64,000 bases of DNA from Octopus vulgaris (Eukaryota), in contig OX597837.1 of NCBI GenBank assembly GCA_951406725.2, positions 5,394,001 through 5,458,000 of the forward strand. The letters run 5' to 3'. Each line of letters begins with the position of its first letter. Position 1 is the stretch's first letter. Shown one piece after another: positions 44,675 through 58,395 of this stretch. A program made the position numbers and the translations under genes. The notes beneath the pieces are model-generated. The model made no database searches. It saw only the letters and a program-made list of their open reading frames with translations, and was not told where the DNA came from.

Positions 44675-45299
44675 AAAATGCATATAAATATATCTAATCT
44701 ATACGCCCAGTACATAAGTCGTGCATTTCTGCATGTGTGACACGATGCATTTGTTATATCCTTAAATTGTTACCCGTATTGTTTTCCATATAATTCTTCA
44801 TAAAAATCCTATTTTCTCGCCAATCAAATATGAAGCACATTTGTTGATTACAGAAATATGTGAAAAGCAACGCATTTTCTTAATTCACCGTAATTGCTTT
44901 TACAACACCTTTTAACGGTGAACAACAACGACAAAATATATACAGCAGCAACAACTCCACCTCCTCCACTTTAACTTTCACCAGCCACCACCACCACCAC
45001 CATCCACAACAACGGCAACAACACCATCCAGGTACAGATATAGAATTTTCCATAGCAGCAAATATATTAGTTTAAAATAGAGCGATAGTAAGAGATTAAT
45101 CAATGACTCGAGGGATTCATCGATATTTCACGTTTTATCAGTTTTGTTGCTTTTGTTTCTATTAAGCCTTGCCTTGATTTATATATTTTCATAATCGTGT
45201 TTCATTATGTTAATGATTTTTATGCTAATGGGTTTCAGAACGGATTGGTTTTATCCAAAACTTTCGATTTAGCTAAATTAGTATCAAGATACATCTCAT

Positions 45300-45895
45300 G
45301 GGTGCTCCGGGATGTATCATACTTCGTCAGTGATGTTTCCGGGTTCGGTGGTGGTTTTGGCTCGTCCAACATCAGAACCACACACACCTAGTTGACCCAG
45401 CCGGTAGAAGCAAAGTGGCTGCTGTGTCCTCTCTGTCTAAAGTTATGTGGTGACTGCGGTGACGGAAGACATGGATCTGTTCTTCGCTGCACCAATAACT
45501 CCAAGCTCAGTCAATGCTCTGCAGATCGAACTCGCCTTAAAACCACGGCAGTCTATTTCCATCGATTCGCAGGTTTCCTCGCCACCCTTATATTCTACAT
45601 GTCTCTACCGGTTCTTGATTATTAATAAAAATTTCTCACATGAGCCTTGTCCATAGGTTTTACCCAGGGAACAACAAGCTTTCTCTGTTTTTGCGGTGAT
45701 ATTATGTGCGGCTCCCTTCTATGTTGCCCCAGTAACTCCAAGCTCCGTCAGATCTTTGAGGCATGAACTCCTCTCAAAACCTTCGCTGCTTACTTTATTG
45801 TTTCGAAGCTTTGCCTTCTACACATCTCTACTGGTTTCTGATTATTTAGAAAAATTCCCTCGTGGGACTTTTCTATGAGTTCTTCTAAGGGAAAA
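45300..45895 (-). mobile_element. Two tandem, diverged 3' fragments of a HERO-like (RLE) non-LTR retrotransposon
   Basis: Minus strand: PLEELIEKSHE..QKPVEMCRRQ..GFERSSCLKDLTELGVTGA, then QEPVETCR..GW..MEIDCRGFKASSICRALTELGVIGAAKNRS, followed by a 3' UTR; matches the PWEE..EAHERK..EVGCRGF RLE C-terminus. Confidence 0.75.
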
Positions 45896-46206
45896 GCAAT
45901 TTCTCGGGCCGACCAAAGTCTTGTCAGTGGATTTGGTAGAGGGAAACTGAAAGAAGCCTGTCGTGTATATATATATATATATATGTGTGTGTGTGAATGT
46001 TTGCATGTCTGTGTTTGTCCCCCCACCATCGCTTGATAACATATGTTGGTGTGTTTACATCCCCGTAACTTAGCGGTTCGGTAAATGAGACCGATAGAAT
46101 AAGTACTAGGCTTACAAAGACTAAGTCCTGGGGTCGATTAGTTCGACTAAAGGCGGTGCTCCAGCTTGGCTGCCTTAAGTCAGATGACTGAAACAAATAA
46201 AATATT

Positions 46207-46241
<35 letters not shown>

Positions 46242-46623
46242 CACATATACGGCGGTGCATCAGCATGGCCGCAGCTCTGAGCTGAAACTAGAGAGAAAAA
46301 AAAATATATATGGAGAAATCAATCAGCGGTGCATAAAAGAATAATAAAATAATCACAAGGGAAATTCGAAAATTCGAATGAAGTTTCTTGCTGAAGAAAT
46401 TAACTGTTGTTGTTGTTGTTGGTGGTGGTGTTGTCTGTTTCTGTGGATACTCTCTTTGAAATATTCCTCGATAATTACATAGCGAAACTACTGGAAAAGA
46501 AATCTGTTTAAGATTACAAAGTAATGAGTAGAGACGGTGTTGGTGGTTGTTGGGGGGAGAAGATGCTGAGAAGGTAGGAGGGAAGGGAGAGGGATGAGAG
46601 AGAGGTAAACGGAGTAAGGAGAT

Positions 46624-46663
<40 letters not shown>

Positions 46664-46884
46664 TAATAATAATAATAATAATGATAATAATAATAATAAT
46701 GGTTTCAAATTTTGCCATAAGGGCAGCTATTTTGGGGGAGGGGATAAATCAATTAAATCGACTCTAGTGTTCAATTGGGATTTAATTTATCGACCCGAAA
46801 GGATGAAAGGCAAAGTAGACCTTGGCGAGATTTGAACTGAGGACGTAGTGACAGACGAAATGCCGCTAATCATTTCGCTCGACG

Positions 46885-47604
46885 TAAAGGAGCGTATTCG
46901 ACATATTTTGCTTTATGTGTTCAATAAAGGCAAACAACGCAACGGTAAGTGCGAAGAATATTAATGCAGTATATGGGAATCGGACAATAAGCGTAAGCCA
47001 GTGTCAACGGTGGTTCCAGAAATTCCGAACCGGAAATTACAGCCTAGAAGCCGGGACTCGTTCTGGAAGATCTGTAGAGCTCGACCAGGACGTCCTGCAA
47101 ACCCCGTTGGAACAAAATCCCCTCGTAACTATTGAAGAACTAGCAGAGAAGCTTGGATTTGGTCATTCAAACATCCATCAACACCAGCTTACCATCGGAA
47201 AACGACCATCTTTGGTTCCAAGATCAAAGGTGTTCTTCCATCAAGATAATGCTCGACAACATACAGCGAGGATGACATTCCAAAGGCTGGAGCAGTTTGA
47301 ATGGGAAACGATGTCCCATCAACCATATTCGCGGACATTACCACATCTGATTATCATTTATTCAGCAGTCCTCAAAATCATTTGAACGGAAAAAATATGA
47401 ATTCTGTTGATGGGGTCAGAACAATACTGGAGGAGTATTTTTCGTCATGGACAAGTGAATTTTGGAAGATGGGCCTCGTTAGTCTACCAGATAGATCGAA
47501 GAACATTTTAGATAATGGAGATTAAAAAGAATTTTGTTTATCTTAATTTTAAAAAAATAAATGAAGTATAAAAAAATACATATTATTTATGAGATGACCC
47601 AATG
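46885..47604 (+). mobile_element. Internally deleted mariner transposase pseudogene
   Basis: KERIRHILLY..CQRWFQKFRTGNYSLE..RSGR HTH; FHQDNARQH; SDYHLFSS; TIR-like ..GATGACCCAAT end. Confidence 0.85.
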
Positions 47605-48599
47605 TGTGTGTGTGTGTTCATGTACGTGGTGTGTGTATGTGTAGGTGTTTTCGCATAATCTGAGTGTGTGTGTGTATGAGGGGGAAATGTGCCCTCGTGT
47701 GGGTGTATAGAGAATGTAATGGCGAATTTGCGCACGCATGCATGAGCGTGGGAAATGTGTGTGTCTGTATGTGTGTATGTGTGTGCATTGTGTGAGGGGG
47801 AATGTGCGCACATGTGTGTGTTTGTGTGTGTGTGTGTGTATTTGTGTGTGTATGTGTGAGTACGCGTGTGTCTATATGTGTGGCATGGACGAATGTCCGC
47901 ACACGTGTATGACTGCGTGTGTGTGTATATATAAGTGGTGGGTTTGTGCACGCGCGTATATGTGTGTATGTATATGTGTGTGTACGTATGAGAATTTTAC
48001 GACTTTTGCTTTCCGAATTTGATTTCATTTTGCAAGGTTCGAAAATGAGTCCACATTAAAGTAAAATTAATTAGTTATGCTTAATTAAGTCCTCTGTTAT
48101 TAGGTGATGCGTTGTTAAGAGTGTATAATTAGGACTGCGAATTTAAGAATTTCAAATTAGCAATGTCTAATTAGGGTTGCGTTATTATGGATTTGCAAAT
48201 CAGCATATATAATTAGGAATCACTTCTAATTACTAATGATAAATTAAAGATGTGAAAATTAGTCCTAGCTAATTAGGGAGAAATATCCAAGTGCTAGTAT
48301 TCGTCATATTTGTAGGAGGACGTCTAAGGTTACTGCAGTGGAGGTTGGGGGTTGTTCGGGGTTTGTGTAGGGCATTGTTGTATTTTCAGCTAAAGTTCAT
48401 TATGTCGTCACTGAATTACATAACCGACTGGATCACTGAAAACATGGCGGAAAAAAGACTTTGGTATTATTGTGGATGTTGACGGTTGTATTGTTGTTCG
48501 TGTTGTTGTTGTTGTTGATACTGTTGTTGATTTTGCTTTATATGTTGTTGTTATTGGTTTTGCTGGTGATATTTTTGTCAACGCTGATGCTGTTGTCTT

Positions 48600-49121
48600 C
48601 TTCTTTTTCTTTTTCTTTTTCTTCTTCTTCTTCTTCTTCCAATCAGGACTCACGCCATTAGCCACAAAGAATAATCTCTGATTCGAGCCTACTCTAAGCT
48701 ACTAAGAATGCGTGTGGCAACTTGAAGATCCACCCACCACATGCGTTAGAGTGGCGGTTGCACGGGTGCGAAAGCTCCGTTGTTATCCTCATTCCGCAAA
48801 CGGTGGCTTTTAACGGGTGGATAACTGAACCATCCTGGGATACAGAGGATTCGCAATCTAGACTAGGGTCTGAAATTTGCCACACCATAGTGGGTTACAC
48901 CATGGTTCCTCTGCTTTGTGGCAGAAGTAGGAAGAAAGAGTGAGAGAAAGTTTTGGTGAAAGTGTACAGAGGGTTTCACCACCACGACCCCGCCGCCGGA
49001 GCCTCGTGGAGCTTAGGTATGTTTGCTGAATAAACACTCATAATGCCCGGTCTGGGAATCGAAACCGTATTCTTCCGACCGAGAGTCCGCTGCCCTAACC
49101 ACTGGGCCATTGCGCCTCCAC
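48600..49121 (-). mobile_element. SINE family C with a distinct long 3' tail ending in (AAG)n
   Basis: Family C head at 49121-49040, shared body, then a unique ~300-bp tail and GAA repeats. Confidence 0.65.
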
Positions 49122-49721
49122 TGATTCTGTTGTTCAAGATGTTGCTGAAATCGTTGTCGTTGTTGTTGTTGTTGTTATTGCTGATATCATTGTTGATGTT
49201 GATATTGTTATTGATGTTGATGTTGAAGATTTTGCTGATATAGTTGTCAATGTTGCTGATGTTGTTGTTGTTGATATCATTTTCGAATTTGTTGTTGGTT
49301 GTTGTTGTTTAGCTTCAGATGTCGCCTGATTCAGCATCCCTCTGATTAAAGTCCGTGACTACTTAACCATCTTCTTTTTCATGCATGCGCAAAGAGAAAA
49401 ATATCTTTCAATGCGGAGCTGACATTTTCTTTTTTTCACCAGAAAACGTGTCAGTTGTTAGAGAAGTCTCTTAATCAATCTTAACATTAATTTTTATGAA
49501 ATTACTCAAGAACACATTGACATTCTCTGGTTCACCATCTGGAATATTACCTCTCATCTCTACATTTTCTACCGCTAATATAAAGGCTTCAGTTCCCTCA
49601 AGTAGTTGGTCGCTGGTTCTGGAGTTCCAGGAATCTGAGGAACGTGGAACCATCTCTTAGCCACTCTGATCTGGAGCAGTGGCACCTAACAGGACCCTAG
49701 TTTTGGGTTAATTAGCATGTA

Positions 49722-49976
49722 CGAGGGTGAATCAAAAAGTAATGTCATTTTGTTTAAGACAGGTATAATTACCAACACAGGAACATGTATCATACATCAA
49801 AATGAAGCTGGTCCCCTGTGGATTACATACCTACTTCTCAACATTGTCACCGCGTTTCTCTCACTAGTAATGTTCCACCTTCGAATGGGAGCATGTATTC
49901 CTGCTCCGTAAAATTCTGTTGAGTATTTTTTGAGCCACTTCTTCACTACAGTTTTCACTTCCTCGTCACTGGAATA
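49722..49976 (-). mobile_element. Mariner 3'-end fragment, same family as 24071-24609
   Basis: TA-CGAGGGTGAATCAAAAAGT TIR; YSSDEEVKTVVKKWLK..GIHAPIRRW. Confidence 0.85.
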
Positions 49977-50053
49977 ATACACGCATGTACAAATACGAGT
50001 GAGTGGAAAACGAAATAAGGGCACTCAACAAATTTATTGGAAGTTACATGTAT

Positions 50054-50197
50054 GGATTAAAACATTTTGATTCAAATTCGTTGGTACTCAGAGTTTCAAG
50101 CGTGATGATAATCTTCAGTCATTTCGAAATGGCTGGAGATTACAATCACGCTTGAAACTAGGAGTAGAAACGAATTTGATCCAAACTGCTTTGATCC
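50054..50197. repeat. Spacer-less palindrome with 72-bp arms, each carrying a hammerhead-like core
   Basis: Centre ATTTC|GAAAT at 50125/50126; arms read CTG(A/G)AGA-n14-GAAACT..GAGTA outward on both strands. Confidence 0.75.
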
Positions 50198-50364
50198 TTA
50201 GCCTACAGAAGTCTGACTGAAGGATCGAAGTGCACTCCATCTTTGCCCATCTCGCTTTACCTTGGGAATCAGATAAAGTGTTTCTAGAATTTCATTATTC
50301 AACGCGTCCTTTCTTTTTTATAGAAAAAATAGCATTAGATAATAATTTGAAGGAAATTTGGTAA

Positions 50365-50761
50365 TTATTTCTTCCTTCCTTCCTTTCTTGTTCTTTATTT
50401 CTCGTTCTTTTCTTCCTTTCTTTCTTTCTTTCCTTCTTTCTTTCTGTCTTTCTTTATTTCTTCCTCGTTCCTTTCATTTTCTTCCTTTTTCTTCCTTTCT
50501 TTCTTTCTTTCTTTCTTTTTGTCTTTCTTTCTTTCTTTCTTTCTCATTCCTTTCTTTTTTCGTTCCTTCTTTCTTTCTTCTTCGTTCCTTTCATTTTTCT
50601 TTCTTCCTTTCTTCCTTCCTTCCTTTCTTTCTTTCTTCCTTTCTTCCTTCCTTCCTTCCTTCCTTTCTTTCTTCCTTTCTTTCTTTCTTTTTTCTTTCCT
50701 TCTTTCTTTCTGTCTTTCTTTATTTCTTCCTCGTTCCTTTCTTTTTCTTCCTTTTTTCTTC

Positions 50762-50798
<37 letters not shown>

Positions 50799-51205
50799 TT
50801 TCTTTCTTTTTTCTTTCTTTCTCATTCCTTTCTTTTTTCGTTCCTTCTTTCTTTCTTCTTCGTTCCTTTCAGTTTTCTTTCTACCTTTCTTCCTTCCTTC
50901 CTTCCTTTCTTTCTTTCTTCCTTTCTTCCTTCCTTCCTTTCTTTCTTTCTTTCTTTCTTTCTTCCTCGATCCTTTCATTTTTCTTTCTTTTTACTTGTTT
51001 TTCCTTTCATTCCATCTATCTTTCTTTGCTTCTTTATTTCTTATCTTTCTTTCTCTTTCGATCGATCTTTCCTTTCTTCATTAGTTCCTTCCTTCCTCCT
51101 TTCTTTCTTTCTTTCTTTCTTTCTTTCTCGCTCTTTCCTCCACTTTCCTCCACTTTCCTTCGCCTTTTTCTTTTCTTCCTTCCTTCCTTCCTTCCTTCCT
51201 TCCAT
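50365..51205. repeat. (TTTC/TTCC)n low-complexity tract with internal block duplications
   Basis: Direct sequence. Confidence 0.95.
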
Positions 51206-52885
51206 CTTTCCTCAACACCCACAACATTATAAATTCCTTGAGTCACGTCACAACCATCGACAAGCACACGAACTTCAAACCGAGAACAATCCAGGGACCT
51301 TTAGATTTCTATAGAATGCCAATTTGAGGCGCCACATTTTATTCTTAACACCTAACACTAACTTTATGGTATTAATATCTTTTTCAACACGATCTTCATG
51401 CAGAATTTATTTAAATATATAGAAATCGTCTAAGAATGGTGAAGTGAAATGTGTGATGTGTTATGTGGCGAAACGTTATCTTCTTTCGATGAATAAAGAT
51501 ATACCAGATAGAAAGTTTCCGTAAAGATAGAAAGAGTGATAACATAACTTCTTTTATGGCTTGCCTTACATTTGAGCATCGATTTTGTGTCATGAAAAAA
51601 GAAAATAACGACAAAAATAATAAAAGAAAAACAATATGGCGACAAGTTCACTGGAAGCAGACGATACGATAAGTGTGATATTAATTCAGTGGAATATGTT
51701 GCTATGTCTCTTGAGATGAAAGCGAAGTTTGGCAAACTGTTCGAATATAACATTGAAATATTTTATTTTAGTTTTCCAATTCTCATTAATACGTCATACC
51801 AATTATAAACATGGAACTGCATGGAAGTCGAGAGGATAGGAAATGTCTGAAAAGCCACAAAAGAATTTTTTAAAAAACGAACAGAAAATAAAAGAATAGA
51901 AAATGTAGTAAAGCGATGACTGACCCATTGGAAGCTATAACCAAACGACGCTATTCTTCACTTATGCCTGAGATGAAAATTTTTGAAAGCAATAACAGGA
52001 AAATGAACGTCGACAAAAACGCATTGGTTGGATTCTACGAATTTTGCAATATTATTTCATTCACTTCGTTTTAAATGTTTACACTTTTATCGCCTTCAGA
52101 GTATTCTCCATTTGAAGCAATGCATCGGTACCAGTTGCATACTGGAGTCGATCTAATCGACTGGCCCCTTCCCCCAAAATTTCAGGCCTTGGGCCTAGAG
52201 TAGAAAAGAATATAGACAAATTTCATTAACGATTTCATTCTCGAAATCCGTGGGTGAGCAATATGAAATTCTTTTAATAATCGCTTTTGCAGTGTGACTG
52301 GCACGACGACTCTTTGTGCGTACACCAACACATTGTCACATATTGAGAAATGGCTTGCATTTGTATTGCTCTTACATTTATCTTTTAGCCTGTATTTCTC
52401 CCATTCTTTAAATGAATTTATTGCTTTCCAATTTTATGCCTCCAAAAGAACCGGTAGAATAAGTACTAGGCTTACAAAGAATAAGTCCTGGGGTCGATGT
52501 GCTCGACTAAAGACGGTGCTCCAGCATGGCCACAGTTAAATGACTGAAACAAATAAAAGAATAAAAAAATATAAAAATATAATATTTAAGAATAAATATA
52601 CAACCGCATTTTTCAAAAACATTGAATGTTTATGATGGTCCACTCGACGAAATAAGAATGGAAGGTGTCTATAGAGAAAAGATGGCTAAGAACCGTAAGT
52701 CTAAATGCTAGCGTCAAAGTGGAAGCCTCATAAGCAACCGAAGTGGTGGGAGGAAAAATGATGAATACGGAGGTGGTAGTGCTGAAAAGTTCATGGCTTT
52801 TATGGTATCGCGAAAGGTTAGAGTTGTTACCTTTACAAGGGAGGTAGAAATTGTTGCTGAAAAGCTGTGCTATCATTTCTGAATC

Positions 52886-53265
52886 GTGGCACTCCGACGG
52901 TTACGACGTGGACGAGAGTTCCAGTTGATCTGATCAGCGGAACAGCCTGCTCGTGAAATTAACGTGCAAGTGGCTGAGCACTCAACTGTCACCCTTAACA
53001 TAGTTCCCGGGGAGATCCAGCGTAAGGCAGAGTGTGACGCGGCTGGCCCTTTAAATTACAGGTACAGCAGAAACAGGAAGAAAGAGTGAGAGAAAGTTGT
53101 GGTGAAAGAATACAACAGGGTTCACCACCATCCCCTGCTAGATCCTAGTGGAGCTTTTTAGGTGTTTTCACTCAGTAAACACTTACAACGCCCGGTCTGG
53201 GAATCGAAACCGCGATCCTATGACCGCGAGACCGCTGCACTAACCACTGGGCCATAGCGCATCTA
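52886..53265 (-). mobile_element. SINE family C head with a family-D-type tail
   Basis: Head as in 14481-14792; tail (TACCTGTAATTTAAAGGGCC...GTTAATTTCACGAGCAGGCTGTTC) matches 14950-15100. Confidence 0.75.
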
Positions 53266-53526
53266 TGACATAAGAATAAATATACAAACATTGCTATATT
53301 TCGACTTGATGTAATCTTTGTTTCAGTGTGGTTTATCATTATATTTGAAGAGAACTTAGGCGACCAGATTATATCATGTTAATAAGGGGAAGACCAGGAT
53401 TGTTAGGAAGAAAACTTGCCTCCAGCGGTTGGCAGTGATTTCGTGATTTACCCATGTAACACACTTTGTAAATTATACGTGTAGCTAAGATACACATATA
53501 AAGTCTGTCTGTATCTCTGTCTCTGA

Positions 53527-53567
<41 letters not shown>

Positions 53568-53690
53568 CAAGAGAGATCTATATAATAAGTACCAGGCTTT
53601 AATAAATTGGTTACTGGGGGCGATTCATTCGATGAAAGTTTCTTCTTAAAGTGCCCCAGCATGGCTGAAGTCTAATGACCGAAACAAGTA

Positions 53691-53745
<55 letters not shown>

Positions 53746-53752
53746 ATATAAC

Positions 53753-53799
<47 letters not shown>

Positions 53800-53864
53800 C
53801 TTGTTTTAATCATTAGACTAATGCCACGTAAGGCACTGCCTTGAAGAAAGCCGAAAACTCTCAT

Positions 53865-53923
<59 letters not shown>

Positions 53924-53959
53924 TTATGTGTGTGTGTGTATAAATATATATATATTTGA

Positions 53960-54300
53960 GTTGAGTCGAGCCCCCCCTTCGGTCATGAATGACCATGGGA
54001 TTGCACCTAGAATGTAACCCTTCGAGGCACAAGTCCGGGCAAGGCTGTTTATGGAAGACCTGTAGTCATCCATGCATACCAGCCTTCCCTCTCCACACCA
54101 CTGATGTTATGCAAGGGAAAGGCAAAGGGGCCGATACAGCTTGGCACCTGTGACGTCACAACACATTGCTACAGCTGAGTGAACTGGAGAAACGTGAAAT
54201 AAAGTCTCTTGCTCAAGAACACAACACGCTGCCCGGTCCGAGAATCGAACTCACAACCTCACGATCGTAAGCTCGACGCTCTAACCACTGAGCCATGCGT
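53960..54300 (-). mobile_element. SINE family D-like with a different tail
   Basis: Minus strand GCATGGCTCAGTGGTTAGAGCG..GAGTTCGATTC head and TTCTTGAGCAAGAGACTTTATTTCACG body. Confidence 0.7.
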
Positions 54301-55360
54301 GTCATTGAATCTGTCCCCATTAGGCTAAACCGGTACTGGTTTTTTAACGTCTGTGTATATTAGAGTTTCGGCAAAAGAGACCGAAATAAATAAGTTTTGG
54401 GAACATTTTATGTTTTCGACTAAACCATTCAGAATGGCGCCACACAGTATGGCCGCAGTCCAATGACTGAAGCAATTAGAAAGGTAAATGTATTTTTATG
54501 AGGGTATTATCTGATATTCATGCACTGTGGAAGATCTAGTTAAGTTCACACGTGCCAGTTGTAAATTTACGCAGAATATCAACGGAAATGTTGTATACAG
54601 ATTTATATGTGACTTGCTCGTTAGATACGCAATGTTTGAGCAAACTGGGCAAATTAGTAGCTTATAAAATTGTGGATAAAACTTAGTTTGTAGCTACGAC
54701 CAAATAAATAACACAAGCTTGGTTTAATATCCAACTTACTTTCTGATTTTCAACGTTACCGACAGCGAAAACCGGAAGCCGAAAGCTCTCATTATATACA
54801 AGATAATTTTGAATGTCCCCAGTTGATAATGAAAACGAGGCTGTCTGCAAGATGTACAGAGTATGGTTAGATGGTTTACAATTTTACAAGACAAAGCTTT
54901 TACTAATGAGGACAACAGCTAGCCTCATTAGCTGAATATTTCGGTTCGTTAAATTCATGTTTCGAAAACAATTCTAGGTCGGTCATTTGGGAACAAAACC
55001 GAGCAAGTTAATTTCAGACTTAAATAACCAAATAATGCTTAGTCAACTGGCAGAAACGCTAGAATGATGGAGTGAACGACTTTTAGCTTTTTGTTAAGTT
55101 AGCCATCTTTACTTTCACAGTTCAAATTCAGCGAAGATTAAGCAATTGTTTTTTCTCAGTCCTACAGTCGGTAAAATATGCAGCGATGTAATATTCAATA
55201 TATTCAATCTAGCTATTATATCGATTATTTGATTAATCTGCTCTAGAACGAGTTAGAGGCCCTCTATGGATTAGTTTCATTTGTTAGAAATAGCAAGGAG
55301 ATCACCCGAAAGTCGCATTGTCATCTCTTAAAAGAACACCAGGCTATTAAAAAAATAACG

Positions 55361-56090
55361 TATTTGGTTGTTCGGAAAATACTGTCCAATTTTTCGCAAA
55401 TATCTTTTCCAAATTCGATCTAAGGTGCTAATTTTGTAATGCTTTAGACGAAATTTTCATGCTTAATAATTATTGTGTAGTCGTTAATAAATTTTTATTA
55501 ATGTCTTTGAGAGAATAATTTTGAAGCATAGAATTTCTTATTTCAAAATTGAAAAATGAAGCAATACGTTTACTTTATTTTTTTCCATGAATTCAAGCTT
55601 TCCAGACGGCTGCGAAAATCAACAGAGCATGGAGAGAAGAGTGGTTTGGGAGATTCCGTAGTGGAGATGAGAGACTTGAAGATCAAGAACGTAGAGGACG
55701 TCCATCCACCCTTATTTCTATATTGCCCACAAGGGGCTAAACGTAGAGGAGACAAACAAGGACAGACAAAGGTATTAAGTCGATTACATCGACCCCAGTG
55801 CGTAACTGGTACTTAATTTATCGACCCGGAAATAATGAAAGGCAAAGCCGACTCCGGCGGAATTTGAACTCAGAACGTAACGGCAGACGGAATACGGCTA
55901 AGCATTTCACCCGGTGTGCTAAAATTTCTGCCAGTGTGCCGCTTCTATTTTTTTAGAGCTGATTAGAGTAAGAAGGGAATTAGTTGATTCCACCCTTGAT
56001 GATCAGCATTTGACAAAAAAAAAAAAGATAGTCGAGCAAAACCCACGACAAAGTGTCAGAGAAATATGCTTCAAAATATGGTATGTTTCT
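55361..56090 (+). mobile_element. 5' part of a mariner interrupted by a family-B SINE (55714-55988) with a 9-bp TSD
   Basis: TATTTGGTTGTTCGGAAA TIR; FFHEFKL..RFRSGDERLEDQERRGRPST | [15 protein letters not shown]; TCCACCCTT at 55705-55713 and 55989-55997. Confidence 0.75.
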
Positions 56091-56260
56091 TGTTGGAACG
56101 TGAGGGTATACAGTATAGTGATAAGAGTGCAAGATCATGGGTTCGCCTCCCAGACCTGGCGGCACATTTTTCTTCTAGAGCAAAACAATTCCCTTCATGA
56201 TGCCACAGCGCATCCAGGCCTCTCAGCTGCGAATGAGTTACTCTGCGACAGACTAGAGTC

Positions 56261-56345
<85 letters not shown>

Positions 56346-57359
56346 TATACACATATATATATATATACATATATATATACATATGTATATATATGTGTGT
56401 GTTTGTCTCCCCACCAGCGTTTGACAACCGATGTTGGTGTGTTTTGTGTTTTCGTCCCCGTAACTTCGCGGTTCGGCAAAAGGGACGATAAAATAAGTGC
56501 TGGGCTTGCAGAGAAAGGTTAAAGCTAAAATATAAAAGAGAACACCGAGAGAACAAAGGAGATACCATATGGCCACTCAACCTGCAAGAAATAGCAGTTA
56601 AATTTTCGTTAAATTACATCCTACTTTCTCTCTTAATAAAAAGCAGATATGAAACGAACGTAACGAGCTTTCATGTGGTAGCTAGATAAGCTAGAAATGG
56701 CAGCCAAACTCCATCAAATCTCGAATAACTGTGAAACAGTAAATACAGACATATTAAATAACTTGTTCCAAATATACTTTGTCAGAATAAAAGAGAGGAA
56801 GGTCACAGCTGTCATGGCAGACAGAAAGAACTCTTTTAGACAAAGGCGCCAATTAGCATTGGTAACAACACGCAAATTTTATTTTCTTTGGAATTCTTTA
56901 GACAGTGATAGAATTTTTCTTTAAAAAATAATAATAATAATAACCAGCTAGTTTCCAAAGTTTCCATTGAAAAAGATATGTTCCATAGTAGTGAAGTTTG
57001 GACAATAACAGAAAGACTAGCAGAAGAGATAAATTCTGGACATCATTTTCTCTGTCGCTTTTGTTTGATATTTTTACTTGAAGTTCATTTGCCACACAGA
57101 ATAATAAACTAGGAAAGCAATGCAAAAAAACAAAAAAACACAAGAAAAAACAAAAAATAATAATACAAAATAAAACAAAATAAAAGAGAATTGTTCATAT
57201 GATGGTCGTTGCTGCTGTGGTTGTTAATGGTGAATATTGGTGGTATAGTTCAGCCTGAATAAATGTTATTTGATCAGAATTATGACCAAGCGAGTAAAGT
57301 CTACCGTGTGCCCTACTAAGAGATCATTTCAAGACGCAGCATTCGATTCTTTGTGTTTC

Positions 57360-57760
57360 AAATGGTTTCTATTCTACTCTAGGCACGAGGCCCGAAATCT
57401 TGTGAGGGAGGGTGCCAGTCGATTAGAACGACGCCAGTACTCGACTGGTATTTAATTTATCAACCCCGAAAGATTGAAAGTCAAAGACGGCCTCGGCAGA
57501 ATTTGAACTCAGAACGTAAAGACGGATGAAATACCTATTTCTTTCCTACCCACAAGAGGCTAAACACAGAGGGGACAAACAAGGACAGACACACGGATTA
57601 AGTCGATTACATCGACCCTAGTGCGTAACTGGTACTTAATTTATGAAAGGAAGAAAGGCAAAGTCGACCTCGGCGGAATTTGAACTCAGAACGTAACGGC
57701 AGACGAAATACCGTTAAGCCTTACGCCCGGCGTGCTAGCGACTCTGCCAGCTCGTCGCCA
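57360..57760 (-). mobile_element. SINE family B dimer
   Basis: One head and two bodies, with the GAAATAG|GTATTTC junction. Confidence 0.8.
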
Positions 57761-58082
57761 CTTTTTAAATGGTTTCTAAGCCTCGCATTCCACGGATTGA
57801 TCTATAATTACACGGATAGTGATCAGTCGGAGATTCTGCCTGTACTGCAAAAGTGCACCCAACACCACCACCACCACCACCACCACCACCACCACCACCA
57901 CCACCACCACCACCACCACCACCACTACTACCACCACCACCACCAACCAACAACAACAACGACAACAACAATCCACACTGCTCAGTTATCCAGTATGCAC
58001 TGATTATCGTTTGTGTTTACAGGATTGTGCTTGCAAGGTTGCGTATTTTCTTATACGGATGTACGTACTTGTAACCATCAAC

Positions 58083-58395
58083 ATGGGACTAGCGATCAGA
58101 AAATATATGAAAGCACCTAATTGTAAACCATACAGAAGAGTGTTTTTTCAACAGGAAATGATGGAGATGGTCCAGAAGATATGTGAGGGTAGAAGCTTCG
58201 CTTCTGTGGGCCACGTGTTTGGTGTCAATGAATCTACCATTCGTTCCAATACGACGGCGCACCTGATCTTAAGGAATGATGCAGGTAAGAGTATTCCCTA
58301 CGGGAAAAGGTAGAGATGATTCAGGAAATACTTGTGGAAGCATCACTACTGCGGTCCGCGAGTTTGGTGCCAATGAATCTGCCATTCGTTTCAGT
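58083..58395 (+). pseudogene. Two tandem decayed CENP-B/psq-type HTH domains (pogo/Tigger-like transposase N-terminus)
   Basis: RRVFFQQEMMEMVQKICEGRSFASVGHVFGVNESTIRS, then frameshifted REKVEMIQEIL..VREFGANESAIR. Confidence 0.65.

Noticed and set aside
45447-45878. Duplicated plus-strand peptide (APITPSSV / APVTPSSV) suggesting a small gene family
   Set aside because: It is the antisense shadow of HERO-like RLE coding sequence (CRGF..LTELGV.GA) on the minus strand.
46915-47525. Domesticated SETMAR-like gene
   Set aside because: No SET domain; internal deletion and frameshifts.
49471-49660. R4-like LINE fragment (LLEGTEAFILA)
   Set aside because: A single short motif, insufficient to annotate.
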